DNA of 64,000 nt from an uncultured Rubrobacteraceae bacterium (lineage in GTDB: Bacteria; Actinomycetota; Rubrobacteria; Rubrobacterales; Rubrobacteraceae), in assembly GCA_963819315.1 (NCBI GenBank), contig CAWFVR010000014.1, positions 25,909-89,908 of the forward strand. Reading direction: 5' to 3'. This document shows, piece by piece, positions 18,489 through 27,139 of this stretch; position 1 is the first letter of the stretch; the number at the start of each line of letters is the position of its first letter. The position numbers and the translations under genes were made by a program. Under the pieces are notes generated by a model. The model did no database searches, was not told the DNA's origin, and saw nothing but the letters and a program-made list of their open reading frames with translations.

Positions 18489-20360
18489 TTATTCCTCGTG
18501 TTCACGTCGCTCAGCTGCATCTTCGATCCTTGAGTTGACCGGTCCCGAGGAGTTCACGTCAGCACGTGCTGACGTTCGTGCGATAGTACCCGCGCTATCG
18601 AGACCAAGCCTGGCTTTGACAAAGTGCTCGTGGACCGATTGGATGGCGATCGCGCCCGCCCCAACGGCGGAGGCAACCCTCTTGACCGACCCGTACCTGA
18701 CGTCGCCGGCGGCGAAGACGCCCGGCATGCTGGTTTCCATTGGGAGAGGAGGGCGCCCGAGCGGCCAGCCGCGGGGAGGTTCTCCGTCTTGCAAGAGATC
18801 CGGGCCGGTGACTATGTAGCCTCGCGTGTCGCGCACGATCTCTTCGGGCAGCCACCCAGTCCGGGGCTCTGCACCGATGAGGACGAACAGAGCTGCGGCC
18901 GGGACCGACTCGGTGAGGCCCGAGGCCAGATCCTTCAGGACTAGGTGGTCCAACCTCCCTTCTCCACCGCCACCGACGACTCGAGTGCCGAAGCGAACCT
19001 GGATGTTCTGGGCCGCCTCGATCTCCTTTATGAGGTAGTCGGACATGCTGGTAGAGAGGGAGCGACCGCGCACCAGTAGCGTCACGCGCGAGGCATATTC
19101 CGAGAGGTGTATGGCCGCTTGACCGGCCGAGTTGGCCCCGCCAACTACGAAGACTTCCTCGTCCTTCATCGCTTGGGCCTCGCTCACCGCGGCCCCGTAA
19201 AACACCCCCATACCGACAAGTTCCTCCAGGCCCGGCACGCCAAGGCGTCTGTAAGAGACGCCGGTGGCCAGGACCACAGCTCTGCTGGTCACCTCTGCCC
19301 CGTCGGAGAGCGTTAACGTCAGATCTCTCCCATCGGATCGCAGTGCGACAGCGTTCCGCATGAAGCGGAAGACGGCGCCAAACCACCACGCCTGCTCGGT
19401 GGCCCTCATGGCGAGTTCGGCGCCTGCTACACCCCAAGGGAACCCGAGGTAGTTGCGGATCAGCGAGCTTGTCCCCGCCTGGCCGCCTATGGCTTCTCCC
19501 TCCAGGACGAGGGTGCCCAATCCCTCCGAGGCGCCGTATACAGCCGCCGCCAGCCCGGCCGGTCCCGCCCCCACGATCACCAAATCGAAGCTTCGCCGAT
19601 CCAGCTCACGGTTGACGCCCAATGCGTCAACGAGCTCGGCGTTCGAGGGATCTTCGAGCACTTGCCCGTCGTAAATGACGACCACGGGGAACCTGGCGGA
19701 ACTCTTGCCAATCCGGGCGAGGATCTCCCGGCCCACCTCTGTGTCCGCGGCGTGAAATTCATGCAAGATACCGTTGCGGTTGAGAATGTCCTTCAGCTCG
19801 TGCGAGCGCGCAGACCACTGTTCGCCCACCACGCGGATCTCCGCGAACACGGGACGGTGGGCTTTGGCCCAGTCGTAGATGAATTCGGCTATCATCCTGT
19901 GGAAGTACTCGTCGCCTGGGCGCTCGGGCTTGTTGACATAGTAGTCGATGTGGCCGAGGGTCATCGCTCGGAGAACCGGTTCCTGGATTCTCCTGTCGCC
20001 CCACTCGACGAGCACTGCCCGCTTGGCGGTTGGGAAAAGCTGACTCGCACGGGCGAGAAACTCGTCGCCGGTGATGTCGGGCATCCACTGATCGGCAAGG
20101 ATGAGAGCGACCTCCTCACCGGCCGCCCTGAGGTCCCTCAACTTCTTCATACCCCACATTGCCGACGTCTCGCAAATTACTTGGTACTCGACGCCGTAGC
20201 GCCTGCGAAGTCCGTACTCGATTCTGCCGAAGGATGTGACCCCTGCGTCGACGGCAAAGATCACCGGTTTGCGCGCGTGCACATCGATGGAGACGTCCCG
20301 AACGGGAACTACGCTTGCTGCGTGGGCTGGCCTCTTCTCATCATGGCCATCGGCCGACAT
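18489..20360 (-). CDS. Fused response-regulator-like / thioredoxin-disulfide-reductase-like flavoprotein
   Basis: N-terminal REC-like domain (VALILADQWMPDITGDEFL). C-terminal two-dinucleotide-binding TrxR fold: FDLVIVGAGPAGLAAAVYGASEG, GGQAGTSSLIRNYLGFP, VFVVGGANSAGQAA, PGVFAAGDVR. Confidence 0.8.
   Translation of the reverse strand: MSADGHDEKRPAHAASVVPVRDVSIDVHARKPVIFAVDAGVTSFGRIEYGLRRRYGVEYQVICETSAMWGMKKLRDLRAAGEEVALILADQWMPDITGDEFLARASQLFPTAKRAVLVEWGDRRIQEPVLRAMTLGHIDYYVNKPERPGDEYFHRMIAEFIYDWAKAHRPVFAEIRVVGEQWSARSHELKDILNRNGILHEFHAADTEVGREILARIGKSSARFPVVVIYDGQVLEDPSNAELVDALGVNRELDRRSFDLVIVGAGPAGLAAAVYGASEGLGTLVLEGEAIGGQAGTSSLIRNYLGFPWGVAGAELAMRATEQAWWFGAVFRFMRNAVALRSDGRDLTLTLSDGAEVTSRAVVLATGVSYRRLGVPGLEELVGMGVFYGAAVSEAQAMKDEEVFVVGGANSAGQAAIHLSEYASRVTLLVRGRSLSTSMSDYLIKEIEAAQNIQVRFGTRVVGGGGEGRLDHLVLKDLASGLTESVPAAALFVLIGAEPRTGWLPEEIVRDTRGYIVTGPDLLQDGEPPRGWPLGRPPLPMETSMPGVFAAGDVRYGSVKRVASAVGAGAIAIQSVHEHFVKARLGLDSAGTIARTSARADVNSSGPVNSRIEDAAERREHEE
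18555..18574. repeat. Perfect 20-bp palindrome ACGTCAGCACGTGCTGACGT carrying the core of the large repeats
   Basis: Self-complementary 20-mer made of GTCAGCACG joined to CGTGCTGAC. It lies 82 nt past the kinase stop and inside the 3' tail of the convergent ORF 18489..20360. Confidence 0.85.
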
Positions 20361-20778
20361 GCAGGCTCACCTCCTTGAGCTCCTTTCTCGCGTCCGAGAC
20401 AATTTCGTGCTCACGTTGGGCAGATCAGCAAAATAATTGCCCCTCGCACCGTCCGACCTCCTCCGAGAGGGTGCAATCCGTGCATATATACGCCCCGTTA
20501 CACCATCGGCACCAGCTTAGGGCATCGGCGAGGGTAGCACATCCGCCAAATGGACTATTTGTGGGGCAAGCTAATGTTTCCCTCACTGTACAGCTACAAG
20601 TGTCAACGTTGGCACCAAATGTGTGGACGTTGTGGCTAACTCCAGGAAGTTGGCGATTCCGACCAGCGAGGTGACGCTCGAACCGCGCGATGCAGCCCGT
20701 CAGGAGACGAAGAAAGCAGGCGAGAGCTTCGCCGCCGGGCTGAACGCCAACGGCCGGGTACTCGTTGTGGGTGGATAA

Positions 20779-23445
20779 CTAGGTTCGTCCAGGCTGGCTT
20801 ACAGCGGCTTGTGCAGCAGCCAGGCGCGCGCCCGGCACCCGGAAGGGCGAGCAGGAGACGTAGTCGAGGCCCACTTCGTGGAAGAAGGAGACGCTCTCCG
20901 GGTCGCCGCCGTGCTCCCCGCAGACCCCGAGCTTCAGCCGCGGGTTCGCCTCCCGCCCCCGCTCGGAGGCCATCTCGACCAGCTCACCTACGCCTTCCTG
21001 GTCGATGGTCTCGAAGGGGTTGTCCTGCAGCAAGCCGCTCTCCAGGTATTGGGAGAGGAACTTCTCCTCGGCGTCGTCTCGGCTAATGCCGCAGACCATC
21101 TGGGTGAGATCGTTGGTGCCGAAGGAGAAGAAGTCGGCGACGCGCGCTATCTCCCCGGCGACCGCGCACGCCCGCGGCAGCTCTATCATCGTCCCGATGG
21201 GCAAGCTTTCTCCGGCGAGCTCTACCTCGATCAGGTCCCGCATCTTCCTCAGCTCCGAAGAGAAGCCGACGAGGGGAATCATTATTTCGACGACCGGCTC
21301 GCCCCCAGCTTCCCTGACTTCCCTCGCGGCCTGCGCAATGGCACGAGCCTGCATCAGGTAGACGTCGGGTCGCAGGAGCCCTAGCCTGCAGCCCCGCAGC
21401 CCCAGCATCGGGTTCCTCTCTTCGAGGCTCTCCGCTACGCGCAGCTGCCGTCTCAGCTCCGTGGCGTCCTCCCCCCGCCCCTCGCGCTCGGCTATCTCCT
21501 TCGCCAGGTCCTTCGAGTCAGGGAGGAACTCGTGTAGCGGCGGGTCCAGAAGACGCACGGTGACCGGCAGACCGTCCATGGCCGAGAAGATGCCCTCGAA
21601 GTCCTCTCTTTGCATGGGCTCGAGCTTGACCAGGGCCTCCTTCAAGGCGTCGTCGCTTTCCGAGAGGATCATCTCCCGCATTATCTGGAGACGCTCGCCC
21701 TCCATGAACATGTGCTCCGTGCGGCACAGCCCGACGCCCTCGGCCCCGAGTTCTCTGGACCGCCGGGCGTCCTCCGGTGTGTCGGCGTTCGCCCTAACGC
21801 CAAGGGTGCGCGCCTCGTCGGCCCAGTGGAGCAGGACCTCGAAGTCTTCGCTCGGCGTGGGTTCGACCAGCGGCACATCGCCCCGGATGACCCTGCCGTC
21901 CGTTCCGTCTATGGTGAGGACTTCGCCGGCCGCGATCCTCCTGCCGCCAATCTCCAGTTCGCCCCGCGCGAGATCTATCTTCAGGGCGCTGCACCCGGTC
22001 ACGGCGGGCTTGCCCATCCCACGGGCGACGACCGCCGCGTGGCTCGTCATACCCCCGAACGCGGTCAGCACCCCCTTAGCCGCGATCATGCCCTCGACGT
22101 CGTCCGGGTGGGTCTCCCTGCGCACCAGGAGCACGGCCTCCCCGGCCTCCGCCCGCTCCTTGGCCTCTGGTGCGTTGAGAACTACCTTTCCCGTGGCGGC
22201 CCCGGGCGAGGCGGGGAGGCCCCTTGCGAGGACCTCCAGCTCGGCCTGCGGGTCCACGCGGGGATGGAGGAGCTGGTCGAGTGATGCAGGCTCGACGCGC
22301 ATGATGGCCTCGTCGTGAGAGATCAAACCCGCTTCGGCCATGTCGCGCGCTATCTTCAGCGCAGCTGCCCCCGTGCGCTTGCCGCTCCTGGTCTGGAGCA
22401 TGTAGAGTCTGTCCTGCTCCACGGTGAACTCCACGTCCTGCATGTCCCTGAACTCGCGCTCCAGCTTACCTGCGGTATCCAGGAACTGCTGGTAGGCGTT
22501 TGGCAGGACCCGCTCCATCTCCCTGAGCGGTCGGGGCGTGCGGATGCCCGCAACCACGTCTTCACCCTGGGCGTTCAGGAGAAACTCTCCGAAGACGCCG
22601 TGCTCCCCCGTAGCCGGGTTGCGGGTGAACGCCACCCCGGTGGCCGAGGTCTCCCCCATGTTGCCGAACACCATCCGCTGCACGGTGACCGCCGTCCCCA
22701 GAGTCTCCGGTATGCCGTACTCTCTGCGGTAGGCCGCGGCACGGGCTCCCAGCCACGAATCGAAGACCGCCTTGATCGCCAGCTCTAATTGCTTGACCGG
22801 GTCTTCGGGAAACTCGTCCTCGGACCTTTCGGATATGATGGATTTGAACCGGTCGGTGAGCTCTTTGAGGTCCTCTGCCGAAAGCTCTGTGTCCGCCTCG
22901 ACGCCTCGACGGCCCTTGGCCTCATCGATTGCCTCCTCGAAGAGGTGCCCCGGGACCTTCAACACTATCTCCCCGAACGCCTGGATGAAGCGCCGGTACG
23001 AGTCGTAGGCGAAACGCTCGTCACCGGTGCGCTCAGCCAATCCCCTGACAGCCTCGTCGTTCAGGCCGAGGTTCAACACGGTATCCATCATCCCGGGCAT
23101 GGAGACAGGGGCCCCACTCCTGACCGAGACCAGCAGCGGGTTATCGGAGCTTCCGAAACCCCTGTCCGTGGCCTCTTCCACAAGCGCCATATGGCTCTTC
23201 ACGTCGTCCATGAGGCCCTCGGGAAGCTCTCCGGACCCTATGTAGTGCGTGCAGGCCTCGGTCGTGATGGTGAATCCCTCCGGCACCAGAAAGCCGAGCT
23301 TGCGCATATCCCGGACCCCCGCGCCCTTGCCCCCGAGGAGGCTCCGGACGTCGTCAATCCCCGGGTCTTCCAGGAACCCATACACGAACCGACTGGCACC
23401 CGCGGTCTCTGCTCTCCCTCCGCGGTTTGCTTCCGGCACTTTCAT
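20779..23445 (-). CDS. ppdK: Pyruvate, phosphate dikinase
   Basis: Start moved to ATG 23445 after GGAAACAGGAGGAGAGC. Motifs LLGGKGAGVRDMRKLGFLVPEGFTITTEAC, the phospho-His region GGMTSHAAVVARGMGKP, and the PEP-utilizer C-terminus GLDYVSCSPFRVP. About 889 aa. Confidence 0.93.
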   Translation of the reverse strand: MKVPEANRGGRAETAGASRFVYGFLEDPGIDDVRSLLGGKGAGVRDMRKLGFLVPEGFTITTEACTHYIGSGELPEGLMDDVKSHMALVEEATDRGFGSSDNPLLVSVRSGAPVSMPGMMDTVLNLGLNDEAVRGLAERTGDERFAYDSYRRFIQAFGEIVLKVPGHLFEEAIDEAKGRRGVEADTELSAEDLKELTDRFKSIISERSEDEFPEDPVKQLELAIKAVFDSWLGARAAAYRREYGIPETLGTAVTVQRMVFGNMGETSATGVAFTRNPATGEHGVFGEFLLNAQGEDVVAGIRTPRPLREMERVLPNAYQQFLDTAGKLEREFRDMQDVEFTVEQDRLYMLQTRSGKRTGAAALKIARDMAEAGLISHDEAIMRVEPASLDQLLHPRVDPQAELEVLARGLPASPGAATGKVVLNAPEAKERAEAGEAVLLVRRETHPDDVEGMIAAKGVLTAFGGMTSHAAVVARGMGKPAVTGCSALKIDLARGELEIGGRRIAAGEVLTIDGTDGRVIRGDVPLVEPTPSEDFEVLLHWADEARTLGVRANADTPEDARRSRELGAEGVGLCRTEHMFMEGERLQIMREMILSESDDALKEALVKLEPMQREDFEGIFSAMDGLPVTVRLLDPPLHEFLPDSKDLAKEIAEREGRGEDATELRRQLRVAESLEERNPMLGLRGCRLGLLRPDVYLMQARAIAQAAREVREAGGEPVVEIMIPLVGFSSELRKMRDLIEVELAGESLPIGTMIELPRACAVAGEIARVADFFSFGTNDLTQMVCGISRDDAEEKFLSQYLESGLLQDNPFETIDQEGVGELVEMASERGREANPRLKLGVCGEHGGDPESVSFFHEVGLDYVSCSPFRVPGARLAAAQAAVSQPGRT

Positions 23446-23541
23446 GCTCTCCTCCTGTTTCCCTGCTGCGACGATGCGGGTCTTTGCCGCGACACCCGCT
23501 GCCATTGCCCTGTTCCGGCTTCGGCCGTTACAGAGACAAAT

Positions 23542-25174
23542 CTACAGCTCCGAGATGATCTTCTTGGCTCTCGGGATCGACGGCGCGCTCATGCTCAACT
23601 CGGTGACACCGAGCTCCACGAGCTCTGGGATCAGCGCAGGGTCGCCGGCTGCCTCGCCGCACACCCCTACCCAGATCCCTGCCTCCCTGGCCGCCTCGCA
23701 AGTCATGCCTATGAGCTCCAACACCGCAGGGTGATCCGCGCTCTGCAAATGCCTCAGGCGCTCGTTGCCACGGTCTGCTGCCAGGGTGTACTGCACCAGG
23801 TCGTTTGTCCCTATCGAGAAAAACGAGACCTCAGGGGCGATCTCAGAGGCCCTTATGGCAGCCGCTGGGGTCTCCACCATGATCCCAACCTCAAGCTCTC
23901 CTACTTCCTTCCCCTCGCTCTCTAGCTCCCTCTGAGCCTCCTTGAAGTTCTCCTTGGCTGCTCTAACTTCGTCGATGTGGGCGATCATAGGGAACATGAC
24001 TTTGAGGTTGCCGTGGGTCGCTGCGCGCAAGAGCGCCCTCACCTGGGGCTTGAAGAGCTCTGGGGTGTCAAGAGACATCCTGATCCCCCGCCATCCCAGA
24101 AACGGGTTCTCCTCAGCTGGCTGGTCCACCCCCGGGAGATCCTTGTCCCCTCCCACATCCAGGGTGCGGATGATAACGGGCTTATCGCCAAAGGCCTCAG
24201 CCACCTCGCGGTAAACCTCATACTGCTCCTCCTCCGAGGGCAGCTCCGGTCGCTCCATGAAAAGGAACTCCGTGCGGAAGAGCCCCACCCCCTCAGCCCC
24301 CCACGAGAGTGCCTCCTCTGCGTCTTTGGCAGAGCCGATGTTGGCTGAAACCTCGATGCGCCGACCGTCGCTGGTGCGGGCTTCGAGGTGCTTGTATTCC
24401 TCGAGCAGGGCAGCCTCTGCTGCCATCTGCTTGTGCTTGTCCTCGAAGGCTGAGAGCGTCTGGGGGTCGGGGTCGGCGATAGCGTAACCCTCGCCGCCGT
24501 CGAGGGCTACTACCTCCGCATTCAGAGCCTTGTCCAGCTCCGAGCCTACGCCAACGACGGCCGGGATGCCCATCGAGCGGGCCATGATCGAGACGTGAGA
24601 CGTCTTCGACCCTTCGGAGATGAGGAATCCCAGGCCCATGCCTTTGGGGATGCGAGCCGTATCAGAAGGGGCGAGGTTGACGGCGAGGATCACCGATGGC
24701 TCGGCGAGCGACTCCAGCCCGGTGGCGCCGCCGCCCATAAGCTCGGCGGCGATCTGGCTCGCCACGTCGCGCACGTCGTCGGCCCTGGCGGCCATGTACT
24801 CGTCCTCCATCGCGGCGAACATCGAGGCGTACTCCTCGCCGACGGAGATCACGGCAGCCTCGGGACTCGTCAGGTCCCTCACGCGCTCCTCGACGTCGGA
24901 CTGGAACTCGGGGTCCTCCGCCATCTCGACGTGCGCCTCGAAGATCCCGGCCTCGCTCTCGCTACCGCCCTCTCGCAACCGCTCCGCCGTCTCCGAGAGC
25001 TTCCGCGTCACGGTTTCGACGGCGCTTTGGAAACTGCCCCAGTTCCTCTTCGACTGCGTCCTTAGAGATGCTCTCACGCTCGGGTTTCAGCTCCCTGGGG
25101 ACGTGGACGAAGGCAGGCCCGACGGCGACCCCCTCGGAGGCTGCGACTCCGTTGAGCCTGACGTTATCTGCCAT
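23542..25174 (-). pseudogene. ptsI: PTS enzyme I (phosphoenolpyruvate-protein phosphotransferase), one frameshift near 25037-25046
   Basis: The N-terminus MADNVRLNGVAASEGVAVGPAFV is in track ORF 24962..25174. The rest is in ORF 23542..25077, with the active-site GSKTSHVSIMARSMGIPAVVG and FFSIGTNDLVQY. The join falls in a GGGG/CC run. Confidence 0.88.
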
Positions 25175-25431
25175 TATTCCTCCGTCGAGATTTGCTCGAC
25201 CAGGGAGTCGACGGCCTCTTGGGCGTCATCTCCTTCGGCCCGGATGGTTATCTTGTCGCCGTGCTTGGCGGCAAGGGTCATCAGCTTGAGAGGGCTCTTG
25301 GCGTTAGCCTCGTGCCCGTCCTTGACCACAACGATGGCTGAAGAAAACCCCTTGGCCTTCTGCACGAACTCGGCTGCCGGACGGGCGTGGAGCCCCTCCT
25401 TCGGTCCGACCGTCGTCTCCTTCTCTACCAT
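25174..25431 (-). CDS. ptsH: Phosphocarrier protein HPr
   Basis: ATG 25431 follows GGAGGAGGAG. Has GLHARPAAEFV (His-15 site) and NAKSPLKLMTL (Ser-46 region). 85 aa. The stop overlaps the ptsI ATG (TAATG). Confidence 0.9.
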   Translation of the reverse strand: MVEKETTVGPKEGLHARPAAEFVQKAKGFSSAIVVVKDGHEANAKSPLKLMTLAAKHGDKITIRAEGDDAQEAVDSLVEQISTEE

Positions 25432-25553
25432 ATGTACTCCTCCTCCTATCCCTTCCCCTGCCTCACTCCAGGCCACACGGTCTCTACGGGCCAACACTAA
25501 GGGCTTCGACCCCAACACATGCGTGCCTTTCCCACTACGACACTACTACTATC

Positions 25554-26692
25554 TCAAACGAGATCCATCCGTTCGACGACGAGATCTACCAGCGGATGGT
25601 CCTCTCCTATCCCGGCGTACCGGGCCAGCGCCGAACGTTTGCCTGCCGAGCGTATCGTCTCCTGTAGCTCCCTTGCTTCTTCGTCCTCGGGATAGTCGTA
25701 ACGCAGCACCGCCCCGATGACCGTCGCCAGGTGCACCGGCATGTGCCCCATGTCGAGCAGGCGCAGGGCAGGTGAGACAAAGCGCTCGTTGCGGCCGAGT
25801 TTCCGGATGGGGGCGCGCGCGACCCGGGTTACGTCGTCCGAGATGTACGGGTTGCTGAAGCGGGCGAGGACCTTCCGCCGGTATTCGCGGAGCTCTTCCG
25901 GTTCGAAGCCGTACTCCTTGATTAGCAGCAGGCTGGTCTCCTCCAGGGTCTTTGACGCCGTCTCGCGGACTTCGTCGTCTTCGAGGGCGGCGTGGATCGT
26001 CGGCTTTCCGCGGACGTAGCCCAGGTAGGCTATTGCGGAGTGGCCCGCGTTCACCGTGAGCAGTTTCCTCTCGATGTAGGGCAATGGGTCCTCGACGTAC
26101 GTAATGCCCGAGATATCCGGACGCTTACCCTTTATCTGCGAGGCATCGACTACCCATTCGTAGAAAGGCTCTACCAGCACGTCGATGTTCATGCCTGGCG
26201 CTCCGGTACTATGCGGTCAACCGCCGCGTTCGGGAAGCCGGCGATCTCCTCGACCGCCTCCGCGTGCTCGTCCGGGACATTCTCCATCACGAAGTCCCGC
26301 AGCGCCTGGCTCGCCCCGACCATGTTCTCGCAGGCGATCACGTTGACCGGCGCTCCTCCTCTACGCGCGCGCTCCACGAGCCCCTTCGCCATGGCGGGGG
26401 CCAGAACGGGCAAGACTGAGGGTCCGACCGCCGTGGTGATGAGGTCCGCCTCCGCCAGCCGCTCGGTGACCTCGTCTGCTTCGTTTATGGAGTGGAGCGC
26501 GGTGACCCGGTCCACGGGAACCCTCTCCTCCCTCTCGTCCGCCAGTATCACGTCGTAGCGCCCGTTCTTCTTCAGGGCGTCAACCAGGTCATCCTGGATG
26601 TCCACGAAGGTGATGTCGTAGCCAGACTCGTGCAGCAGCTGGCCGATAAAGCCGCGGCCGATGTTGCCGGCTCCGAAGTGAACGCTCTTCAA
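25554..26692 (-). pseudogene. mtlD: Mannitol-1-phosphate 5-dehydrogenase, split into two overlapping ORFs (26189..26692 and 25554..26192)
   Basis: N-terminal part: MKSVHFGAGNIGRGFIG...IACENMV...AVDRIVP. C-terminal part: VEPFYEWVVD...ERKLLTVNAGHSAIAYLG...RVARAPIRKL. The junction reads CAGGCATGAAC, an ATGA overlap consistent with a 1-nt indel. Confidence 0.85.
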
Positions 26693-27126
26693 ACCTTTAC
26701 CTCTTCGAAGATCGCAAGCAGTTCCTCTTTCGTCTCAGCGTTCACGAGCCGTTCGACGTTCTCCTCCTCGGCCACGACGAGTGCGATCTTCGAGAGGATC
26801 TCCAGGTGCTCGTCGCCCTTGCCAGCGATCCCGACGATGAGGGTCGCCACGTTTCCGTCACCGTACTCCACACCTTCGGGGACGGTGATGACGGAGAGCC
26901 CTGACCTCTTGACCCACTGCTTTGAGTCTCCCGTGCCGTGAGGGATCGCCACGCCGTTGCCCATGAACGTCGAGACCGACTTCTCCCGCTCGAACATGGA
27001 GTCTATGTACTGGTCATCCACGTGGCCGTTATCGACGAGCAGCTGGCCTGCCCGCCGGATCGCCTCGTCCTGGCTATTCAGGCTCGCCTTCAGTTCGATG
27101 GTCTCCGGCGCCAGTATCTCGGACAC
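26689..27126 (-). CDS. mtlF: PTS mannitol-specific EIIA component
   Basis: PTS_EIIA_2 signature with the phospho-His in FMGNGVAIPHGT. 145 aa. Overlaps the mtlD start by 4 nt. Confidence 0.85.
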   Translation of the reverse strand: MSEILAPETIELKASLNSQDEAIRRAGQLLVDNGHVDDQYIDSMFEREKSVSTFMGNGVAIPHGTGDSKQWVKRSGLSVITVPEGVEYGDGNVATLIVGIAGKGDEHLEILSKIALVVAEEENVERLVNAETKEELLAIFEEVKV

Positions 27127-27139
27127 TTCTAAGCTCCTT

